Shown one piece after another: positions 38,148 through 45,859 of a stretch of DNA of 48,274 nt. The stretch's first letter is position 1, and each line of letters opens with the position of its first letter. This DNA is from Candidatus Eiseniibacteriota bacterium (lineage in GTDB: Bacteria > ARS69): contig JBQTGV010000106.1 in NCBI GenBank assembly GCA_052390515.1, positions 1 to 48,274 on the forward strand, in the 5' to 3' direction. The position numbers and the translations under genes are program-made. Under the pieces are notes generated by a model. That model worked only from the letters and a program-made list of their open reading frames with translations. It ran no database searches and had not been told where the DNA came from.

Positions 38148-39680
38148 CTAGTACGCCTGCGCGAACAGGACCTCGGTCTTCGTGCTTCGGCCGGTGACGA
38201 TGCAGGGAGCGGTGCCCGCGGGCTGATCGAAGGGGATGCAGCGGACCGACGCGCGGGTCTCGTTCTGGATACGCTCCTCGACGGCGTCGTCCGGCTCGAA
38301 GCGGCATCGCACGAAGCCGCCGCTCGTCAGGAGGCTCTTGAGCTCGTCGTAGGTCGAGGCTCGCCGCGTGTTCTCCTCCCGGAAGCGGCGGGCGCGCTCA
38401 AGCAGCTCGGCCTGCGCCACCTCGAGCTTCGCGCGCAGCCACTCCGGCGAGATCTCGCCGAGCGTCACGGTCTCCTTCGCCCGGCTGACGCGATGCTTGA
38501 GCACGAAGGACTGCGCGTCGACGTCGCGGGGGCCGACCTCGATGCGGAAGGGGACGCCGCGCTGCTCCCAGTGGAACTGCTTATCGCCGGGGCGCGCGTC
38601 GCGCCAGTCCAGGACGATGCGCTGGTGCGCGAGCCGGTCGAAGAAGCGGGACTCGATGCCGCCGGCCGTGGCGGCGGGGGCGGCCGCGGACGCATCGGCC
38701 GGGGTCAGCATGCCGACCAGCCGGTTACAGAAGGCGCGAACTCTCTCTTTCTCCTCGTCGGTCTTGAAAATGGGGATGACCGCGGCGACGTTCGGCGCCA
38801 CGCGGGGAGGCAGCACCAGCCCGTCGTCGTCGGAGTGAGCCATGATGAGCGCGCCGATGAGGCGCGTAGTCGCTCCCCAACTCGTGGTGTGCACGAGGTG
38901 CTGCTCCTGATCCCGCCCCAGGAAGCGGATGTCGAACGCCCGCGCGAAGTTCTGGCCGAGGTCGTGGCTCGTGCCGCACTGCAGGGCCTTTCCGTCCTGC
39001 ATCAGGCCCTCGATCGTGTAGGTCACGTCGGCGCCGGGAAACTTCTCGCGGTTCGTCTTCCGGCCGGGGATGACCGGGAGAGCGAGACATCCTTCGCAGA
39101 ACGCCGCGTAGATGCCCAGCATGCGCAGCGTCTCGTCGCGCGCTTCCTCCGCAGTCTCGTGCGCCGTGTGGCCCTCCTGCCAGAGGAACTCGGCGGTGCG
39201 CAGGAAGAGCCGCGTGCGCATCTCCCAGCGCATGACGTTCGCCCATTGGTTGATGAGCACGGGAAGGTCGCGCCAGCTCTGGATCCACTGGCGGTACATC
39301 TCGCCGATGATGGTCTCCGAGGTGGGGCGGATGACCAGCGGTTCCTCGAGCGGGCTCGCTGGGACGAGCGTGCCGTCGGCGTTCTTTTCCAGCCGGGAGT
39401 GCGTGACGACGGCGCACTGCAGGGCGAAGCCCTCCACGTGCTGCGCCTCCCGGGCCAGGAAGCTCTGCGGGATGAGCAGGGGGAAGTACGCGTTGACGTG
39501 GCCTGTCTCCTTGAAGCGCCGGTCCAGGTCCCGCTGGATGGCCTCCCAGATGGCGAAGCCCTCGGGACGGATCACCATGCAGCCGCGCACCGGGCTGTGG
39601 TCGGCGAGCTGCGCGGCCTTGATCACGTCCAGATACCACTGGGCGTAATCGGTGGCGCGGGGGGTGATGTTCTTCGCCAT
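38148..39680 (-). CDS. proS: Proline--tRNA ligase, archaeal/eukaryote-like type
   Basis: IRPTSET, QWANVMRWE.RTRLFLRT.EFLWQEGHT, LQCGTSH.LGQNF, TSWG..TR, C-terminal FAQAY. Confidence 0.98.
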   Translation of the reverse strand: MAKNITPRATDYAQWYLDVIKAAQLADHSPVRGCMVIRPEGFAIWEAIQRDLDRRFKETGHVNAYFPLLIPQSFLAREAQHVEGFALQCAVVTHSRLEKNADGTLVPASPLEEPLVIRPTSETIIGEMYRQWIQSWRDLPVLINQWANVMRWEMRTRLFLRTAEFLWQEGHTAHETAEEARDETLRMLGIYAAFCEGCLALPVIPGRKTNREKFPGADVTYTIEGLMQDGKALQCGTSHDLGQNFARAFDIRFLGRDQEQHLVHTTSWGATTRLIGALIMAHSDDDGLVLPPRVAPNVAAVIPIFKTDEEKERVRAFCNRLVGMLTPADASAAAPAATAGGIESRFFDRLAHQRIVLDWRDARPGDKQFHWEQRGVPFRIEVGPRDVDAQSFVLKHRVSRAKETVTLGEISPEWLRAKLEVAQAELLERARRFREENTRRASTYDELKSLLTSGGFVRCRFEPDDAVEERIQNETRASVRCIPFDQPAGTAPCIVTGRSTKTEVLFAQAY

Positions 39681-39760
39681 GCGGGCCTTTCGATCCGTGG
39701 GCGGCGGAGAGTATCAGATGGCGGAAGAGGCGTCGCGGGGGGCGTGGGCAGGCGGTCCGC

Positions 39761-40978
39761 TCAATCTGCGGCCCGGGCCGCGACCGTACCCGGCAGGGCG
39801 CTCTCCGTCGGGTCTCCCACCACGGCGGCGAAGAGAACGGCGCGCGACGGCCGGTGCACGACGAGGAAGGCGAAGGGGTGATCGGCGCGGAGCACGGGCG
39901 GTGCGTCGTCCGGTCCGGAAACGTAGCCCAGCGCTCGCACCTCGACGCGAGTGATCGCCTCCGCCTTGGTCCCCGTCTCATCCACGCGGAGCGATACGGC
40001 CTGCTGCGCCCTGCCGAGGAACAGCGTGTCCGGCGAGATTCCGAGGAAGTCTGCAGTCCGGGGAATCCATGCATCCCGGATGCCCACCGCCTCGAGCATG
40101 GGCCGGCCGTGAATTGCGTCCAGGAAATCGAAGCGCGGGAGCGCAACTTCGACAGCGCGCTCGCGCCCCGCGTCGAGGATCTCGCGGATCGGTCGGGCGC
40201 CGGTCCGTATCAGAACGTCGACGGGCGGCTCGCCGCTTCGCGGCAGTAGCACGACGGCGCAGAGGTCCGGATTATCGTAGGGCAGGCGAACCACCTGCCA
40301 CTCGTCGCTCTCGAGGTACGTGGCGGTCGGCGAAGCGTGCATGAGCTGAACAGACACGGAGTCACCCGCTGCGCGGCGGAACGGCGCGTCGGCGGTTCCT
40401 TCCAGGGGGAACGGCGTCCGCCACGTGCCCGCGAACCGGTTGACATTGACGACCACGATCGCGGTGAGAACGTCGACGCTCCAGTCGATGAGCGATGCGA
40501 CGGGCATCTCCAGACCCTCGCTCGCCCAGGACTTCATCTCCTCGGGATCGAGTCCCCGCTCGAGACGGGCGTGGTACCGAGTAGAGGCAACGCTCTCGAA
40601 CGCCGGCTCGAGCCTGAGCCTCTCGCCCACCCAGGCGCAAGTCCTCGACGTCCAGCCCACCGCGGGGAAGCTCGCCGCCGACTCGGCCGGCGCGCGCCGT
40701 AGAGCATGCTCCAGCTCGTCGCGGGTCCTCCCGCGCGCGCCCTCGGCGAGCAGCCCGAGCGTCTCGCTCCATCCGTGCGGACAGAGCACCGCGTTCCCGC
40801 GCGGGCTGAGCGCGGCGTGCTGCAGCAGGGAGACGGCGAAGTCGAGGTTCTCGACCAGGGGAGCCCGTTCGACTGCCGGCGGCGCGGCGCCGGCAGCGGC
40901 CCGGGGTTCCTGCTTCGGCGAATCGTTGCAGCCCGCCAGAAGAAAGCCGCTGAGAATAGCCACGGACGCGCGGCGCAT
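39761..40978 (-). CDS. Serpin-family lipoprotein (serine protease inhibitor)
   Basis: Lipobox LAG|C, N...P, GARG.T..EL, VN...F.G.W..PF, T...PF, LPY, V.LPRF, ADF.GI, hinge VDETGTKAEAIT, signature ADHPFAFLV..LF. Alternative coupled GTG start at 41008. Confidence 0.92.
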   Translation of the reverse strand: MRRASVAILSGFLLAGCNDSPKQEPRAAAGAAPPAVERAPLVENLDFAVSLLQHAALSPRGNAVLCPHGWSETLGLLAEGARGRTRDELEHALRRAPAESAASFPAVGWTSRTCAWVGERLRLEPAFESVASTRYHARLERGLDPEEMKSWASEGLEMPVASLIDWSVDVLTAIVVVNVNRFAGTWRTPFPLEGTADAPFRRAAGDSVSVQLMHASPTATYLESDEWQVVRLPYDNPDLCAVVLLPRSGEPPVDVLIRTGARPIREILDAGRERAVEVALPRFDFLDAIHGRPMLEAVGIRDAWIPRTADFLGISPDTLFLGRAQQAVSLRVDETGTKAEAITRVEVRALGYVSGPDDAPPVLRADHPFAFLVVHRPSRAVLFAAVVGDPTESALPGTVAARAAD

Positions 40979-41004
40979 GGGGCTCGCTTTCGTGGCGCTC
41001 TCCG

Positions 41005-42882
41005 TCACTGCCCCACGTACCCCAGCGCGCGGAGCTGCTCCAGGATCTGCTCGTCCGCAGCCGCGTTCTCGGCCGTCGCTCGTGCTTCTCTCGGCGCCTC
41101 GTAGGACGGCACCGTGCGGATCGGGAACCGCTCCCAGAACGCGGGGTCCACCAGCTCGCGCGCGACCCGCCCGTCCATGTCCTCCGGCACCGGGATGCCC
41201 AGCAGCGCAAGCACCGTCGGCGCGACGTCGTACACCGACACCGCGGCGCGCTCCCGCGATGCGATGACCGGCCCGCCGGCCATGACGAAGAACCCGTCCG
41301 GCTTGCGCGCGTGCGCCCACTGCGTGTCCTCCCAGCCGTGGTCGGAGAGCGCGATCACCACCGTGGCGCTGTCCGCGTGCTGCAGGGTTCGCTCCAGCAG
41401 CCCGTCGCAGAACGCGTTGTAACTGTCCACGACGGATCGCAGCCGCTGGCCGCGCGCCGACGCGGCGGCGTCGGGCGGGAGGTCGCGGTACTTCCAGGTC
41501 ACGTGGTGGGACCCGTCCATGCCGCGGTAGTAGACGGCGCCGAGCTGCCAGTCCGGCACCTGGGCGAAGGCCGCCGGCACGATCCCCGCCGTCGTCAGGT
41601 CGCGGGACATCTCCGCGGCGAGCGTGCGGAACTCCTCGGGGAAGCTGCGCTTCAGCTCTTCGCGGCCGGCCGCGTCCAGGTCGCCGACTTCCGCCATCGC
41701 CACGACGCGGTCCATCACGTCCGCCGGCCTCACGAGGAACGGCTCCAGCACGGGCGCGAGGCTGTCGGGATGCACCGCCGTGCGCAGCGCGTCCCCCTCC
41801 AGCAGGTGGAAGCGGTCGGAAACCTGGACTCCCAGCACGGGCTCGACCGGATGGGTGACGTACCACTCCAGGCCGACGAAGCGCATCCCGAATCCCTCGA
41901 CGATTTCCCACAGCCGCCGCGTCCTCACGTTGCCGGACGCGTAGAGACCGAGCGGGAGCAGCCCCGCGCGATCGGCGAGGCGCACGTCCAGCTTGAGCAT
42001 CTTGGTGAGGTGCCGGAACTGCCGCGGCATGTGCGGGACAGGCGGCAGCCCGAGCGGCATCCGGGTGAACACGTGGCTGGAGACGCCGTGCTTCTCCAGC
42101 GTCTTCCCGCTGGCGATGCTCGTCCACAGGTTCGGCGAGTACGTGGGGATGATCGACTCCAGCCGCGCGGTGACGCCGCGTTCGGCCAACCCCGTGAGCG
42201 CCGGCATGCGCCCGGACTCGAGCAGCGGGTCGAGAACGCTCCAGGATCCACCGTCGATGCCGACGATCAGGACGCGAAGCCCCGTGTCGGGAACCTCGCC
42301 GACCTGATCCGGCGTGACGTACTCCGCGGGACTGCTGTCCGGCGCAGCGCCGTTGGCCACGAGCGCGACGACTCCGACGGCCAGGGCCAGCAGCCCGGTT
42401 CCGCGGAGCGTGCGCAGGGTCGCGGCGGCGGGGCGGTACGAGGCGGCGCGCGTCGCCAGGAGCAGGGCGAGTCCCCACACCGGGAGCGCCGCCGCGGTGA
42501 CCACGTTCATCGTCGGGCGCGTGTGCACGAGCGTGTGATCCCGATAGAGCGACACGGCCAACACGAAGAGGAGAACCGCCGGCGCCGCGAGAACCGTGAC
42601 CGCCGCCCCGACCGGACGCCACCGCCCCACGAGAGCGCCCGCCAGGGCGGCGCCGGACGCCAGCAGGCCGAACTGCGCCACCAGGATCACCCACAGCACG
42701 GCATGGGCGGGTCCGACCGGCCAGGACTCGTTCGCCGGAATGAACCAGGCGAGCTCGGCCGTGGCGAACGCGAGGGCCCAGACCCAGCCCACGCCGAGGG
42801 CGGCGCCCAGGCCCGTCCCGCTCCAGGATTCGTGCGTTCTTGCGGGGGAGGCGCTCATCGGGCCGAGCCTATCACGGAGCAT
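41005..42882 (-). CDS. Membrane-anchored AlkP-superfamily enzyme (paralogue of 21573-23339) with C-terminal LEQLRALGYVGQ tail
   Basis: About 5 TMs, IVGIDG, PTYSPNLWTSIASG, DGSHH, LSDHGW, YDVAPTVL..DMDGR. Start may be 42858. Confidence 0.9.
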   Translation of the reverse strand: MLRDRLGPMSASPARTHESWSGTGLGAALGVGWVWALAFATAELAWFIPANESWPVGPAHAVLWVILVAQFGLLASGAALAGALVGRWRPVGAAVTVLAAPAVLLFVLAVSLYRDHTLVHTRPTMNVVTAAALPVWGLALLLATRAASYRPAAATLRTLRGTGLLALAVGVVALVANGAAPDSSPAEYVTPDQVGEVPDTGLRVLIVGIDGGSWSVLDPLLESGRMPALTGLAERGVTARLESIIPTYSPNLWTSIASGKTLEKHGVSSHVFTRMPLGLPPVPHMPRQFRHLTKMLKLDVRLADRAGLLPLGLYASGNVRTRRLWEIVEGFGMRFVGLEWYVTHPVEPVLGVQVSDRFHLLEGDALRTAVHPDSLAPVLEPFLVRPADVMDRVVAMAEVGDLDAAGREELKRSFPEEFRTLAAEMSRDLTTAGIVPAAFAQVPDWQLGAVYYRGMDGSHHVTWKYRDLPPDAAASARGQRLRSVVDSYNAFCDGLLERTLQHADSATVVIALSDHGWEDTQWAHARKPDGFFVMAGGPVIASRERAAVSVYDVAPTVLALLGIPVPEDMDGRVARELVDPAFWERFPIRTVPSYEAPREARATAENAAADEQILEQLRALGYVGQ

Positions 42883-42894
42883 CGCAGGGTCGCC

Positions 42895-43382
42895 TCATCG
42901 GAGGCGGCTTCGCCCGCGGCGCGGCGCCGGCAGCCAGCGGCCGGTCCGGGCGAGGTAGTCGGCGTACTCGCTTCCGAAGCGCTCGCCGAGGCGCGGCTCC
43001 TCGTACAGCACCACGAAGAGATGGAAGGCCAGGGCGACGGCCGCCGCGTAGGCGGCGAGCACGCCGGTCCGGAAGTACGCCGCCATCCGAGGGTCACGCC
43101 GAGGACACCGACGTACATGGGGTTCCGCACGATGCCGTACGGCCCGCACATCACGAGACGCTTCGGGGCGTCGATCGGGGCCGGGGTTCCCCGCCCGAAC
43201 GAGGCGAAGTTCCAGATGCACCACAGGTAGAGCGACGCACCGGCGGCGAAGAGCACCAATGCCACGCTGCGCCGCGGATCCGAAGCCGGCACGGCGCCTC
43301 GCGAGAGCAGCAGCGGCACCCAGACCGCCACGGTGCCCGGCATGGCGACGGTGAAGAGTAGGTTCTTCAGGAAGAGCGTCAT
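42895..43382 (-). pseudogene. ICMT/PEMT-family membrane methyltransferase with one frameshift (~43086)
   Basis: GRGTPAP..P..LV..GPY..VRNPMY in one frame, YEEP.L..RFG.EY..Y....RW.P in the next. One G is missing in GGA TGG (G)CG, possibly a sequencing error. Confidence 0.85.
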
Positions 43383-44080
43383 GCGCCGGCCTTGCAGAGC
43401 TTGAGCAGCAGCCGCAGCGGCCACCCGAGGTACTTCGCGGCGCGCGGCGACCGGGTCACGAGCGCTTCGTCCACCGCGTGCTCGCTCATCCACTCGACCT
43501 TCAGACCGGCACGCTCCGCCGCCATCACGTAGTCCGCGATGACGTGCCCGGCTGCCGCGGGCCGCGTCTTGATCCCCGTCGACGGATCGGTGAACTGTGC
43601 TTGCACGTCGAGCAGCCGCATGGCCGGATGGAGCTCGGACACGAGGACGCGGCCGTCCGCGCCGCACACGCGGGCCATCTCCCGCATCATCGGCCCGAGG
43701 TCGGCGACGTGCTCCAGCACGAGGCAGCACGTGACGCGGTCGAACGCGCCGTCGGCGAACGGCAGCCCGCGGGTGATGTCGTGGCGCAGGAAGCGGATGT
43801 CGGCCGCGTCACGCTTCGCCCGCGCCCTGGCCAGCATCCCCTCGGAGAAGTCGGCGGCGACGACGTGCGCGCCGGCTCGTGCCCTGGCCAGCGCTTGTCG
43901 CCCGGTGCCGCATCCCAGGTCCGCGACGCGCAGCCCGCGGACGTCTCCGAGCAGCTCCGCGAAGAGCGCGGCCTCCAGCGAGATGAGCGGGTTGTCCTCG
44001 TCGTCGTAGATGCGGGCCCAGAGGTCGTAGCCCTCGCGGGTGGGGACGACCTGGGGGACGTCGGCGCGGATCTCGGTCAT
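43379..44080 (-). CDS. Class I SAM-dependent methyltransferase (BioC/UbiE-like)
   Basis: GYDLWA..YD, DLGCGTGR, DFSEGML, LPF....FD, LVLEHV. ATGA overlap with the next gene. Confidence 0.9.
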   Translation of the reverse strand: MTEIRADVPQVVPTREGYDLWARIYDDEDNPLISLEAALFAELLGDVRGLRVADLGCGTGRQALARARAGAHVVAADFSEGMLARARAKRDAADIRFLRHDITRGLPFADGAFDRVTCCLVLEHVADLGPMMREMARVCGADGRVLVSELHPAMRLLDVQAQFTDPSTGIKTRPAAAGHVIADYVMAAERAGLKVEWMSEHAVDEALVTRSPRAAKYLGWPLRLLLKLCKAGA

Positions 44081-44155
44081 GGGTTCCGGAGTATACGCGG
44101 CCGCGTGGGCCGGTGCCATGGAGCGGGAGAGCGCGGGCGATGGTAGGATGCGCGC

Positions 44156-45262
44156 ATGTCGCCGTTCCTCCGTCTCGTGCGGCTGCTGCTGGTCGTCGTG
44201 CTCGTGCTCGCCGCGGTCGCGCTGTGGCAACGCATCCGGACGCCGCGCCTCGACCGCGACGCGCCGCCACGCCCGGTCACCGCGCGCGGGGATCTGGCCT
44301 CCGACGAGCAGGCCACGATCGAGCTGTTCCGCGAGGCATCGCCGGCGGTCGTGTACATCACGAATATCGCGCGGCGGCGGAACCGCTTCACGCGCAACGT
44401 CACCGAGATCCCCCAGGGAACCGGATCGGGTTTCGTGTGGGACCGAGAGGGTCACATCATCACGAACCTGCACGTGATCGAGGGCGCGAGCGTCGCCACG
44501 GTCACGCTCTCGGACAACAGCACCTGGGACGCGGACCTCGTCGGCGAGGCCCCCGATCACGACCTCGCCGTGCTGCGGATCGAGGCGCCGCAGGAGCTGC
44601 TCGTCCCGATTCCCGTCGGGCGCTCCAACGATCTCCTCGTCGGGCAGAAGGTCTTCGCCATCGGGAACCCCTTCGGGCTCGATCAGACGCTCACGACCGG
44701 CGTGATCAGCGCGCTCGGACGGGAGATCACCGCGCAGACCGGGCGAACGATCTCGGGCGTCATCCAGACCGACGCGGCGATCAACCCCGGCAATTCCGGT
44801 GGGCCGCTGCTGGACAGCGCGGGCCGCCTCATCGGCATGAACACGCTGATCCTCAGCCCCTCCGGCGCGAGCGCGGGGATCGGCTTCGCCGTGCCCGTGA
44901 ACACCATCAACCGCGTCGCCACGCAGATCCTGCAGCACGGGCGCGTCATCCGTCCGGGCCTCGGCGTGCAGATCGCCGACGACACCGCCGCGCGGCGGCT
45001 CGGGCTCGACGGAGTGCTCGTGTTCTCGGTCGCGGAGGGGAGCGCGGCGGAAGCCGCCGGACTTCGGGGAACGACGCGCGACCAACGCGGTCGGCTCGTT
45101 CTCGGCGACGTGATCGTCGAGGTCGGCGGCGATGACGTCTCGAATGCCGACGACCTGGCCAACGCGCTGGAGAAACGCGAGGTCGGCGACGAGGTCGACC
45201 TGACCGTGGAACGCGACGACAAGCGCCGGACGGTCTCGGTCACGCTGCAGGAGATACGCTGA
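44156..45262 (+). CDS. HtrA/DegP-family (S1C) serine protease, single PDZ, N-terminal membrane anchor
   Basis: GTGSGFVW, ITNLHV (His), DLAVL (Asp), IQTDAAINPGNSGG (Ser), C-terminal PDZ (GDVI). Confidence 0.95.
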   Translation: MSPFLRLVRLLLVVVLVLAAVALWQRIRTPRLDRDAPPRPVTARGDLASDEQATIELFREASPAVVYITNIARRRNRFTRNVTEIPQGTGSGFVWDREGHIITNLHVIEGASVATVTLSDNSTWDADLVGEAPDHDLAVLRIEAPQELLVPIPVGRSNDLLVGQKVFAIGNPFGLDQTLTTGVISALGREITAQTGRTISGVIQTDAAINPGNSGGPLLDSAGRLIGMNTLILSPSGASAGIGFAVPVNTINRVATQILQHGRVIRPGLGVQIADDTAARRLGLDGVLVFSVAEGSAAEAAGLRGTTRDQRGRLVLGDVIVEVGGDDVSNADDLANALEKREVGDEVDLTVERDDKRRTVSVTLQEIR

Positions 45263-45304
45263 GCGCTGCTTGAGCGAGACCCTCGCCGGTGTCCTTGGAA
45301 CCGC

Positions 45305-45859
45305 CTAGATGAGCGACCTCTCCAGCGCGCCCTCGTGTTCGAGCAGCCAGCGCTTCCGCGCGATCCCGCCCCCGAATCCCGTCAGGCTCCGATCCGATCC
45401 GACTACGCGGTGGCACGGGATGATGATCGGGATCGGGTTGCCGCCGACGGCGCCGCCTGCGGCGCGGGCCGCCCCGGGCCGGCCGGCCTCGGCCGCGATC
45501 TCGCCGTAGGTGAGCGTTTCGCCCGCCGGGATCTCGCGGAGCCGGCGCCACACTTTCGCATGGAACGGCTGCCCGCCCGGGTCGACCGGCAAGTCGTCGA
45601 TCGCGTGGACGTCGCCCTCGAAGTAGCGGCGAAGAGCGTCGAGCGGCGCGCCGTCGCCGGACGTGACCAGCGCGGCCTCGGGGAAGCGCCGGCGGACGTG
45701 TTGCTCCAGGCGCGCCAGCGGCCGGATGGCCACGTACTTCGTCTCCCACGCGCGCCGGTCCTTCGCCTCCTCCATGTGCACGGCCACGACGGACTCCCCG
45801 CGCCAGGCCAGCGCGAGCGGTCCGACGGGCGAATCCATCGTCGCGATGCGGATCTCCAT
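45305..45859 (-). CDS. ogt: Methylated-DNA--protein-cysteine methyltransferase
   Basis: SPVG, VW..L..IP.GET.TYG.IA, NP.PIIIPCHRVV, L.GFGGG...K..LL..E. TGATG overlap with the upstream gene. Confidence 0.95.
   Translation of the reverse strand: MEIRIATMDSPVGPLALAWRGESVVAVHMEEAKDRRAWETKYVAIRPLARLEQHVRRRFPEAALVTSGDGAPLDALRRYFEGDVHAIDDLPVDPGGQPFHAKVWRRLREIPAGETLTYGEIAAEAGRPGAARAAGGAVGGNPIPIIIPCHRVVGSDRSLTGFGGGIARKRWLLEHEGALERSLI

Noticed and set aside
37122-39881. 919-aa plus-strand ORF
   Set aside because: Antisense to proS and the hydrolase gene.
41009-42694. Apparent 570-aa N-terminal extension of the serpin ORF
   Set aside because: Alternative frame of the AlkP gene. The serpin has its own lipoprotein signal at 40978.
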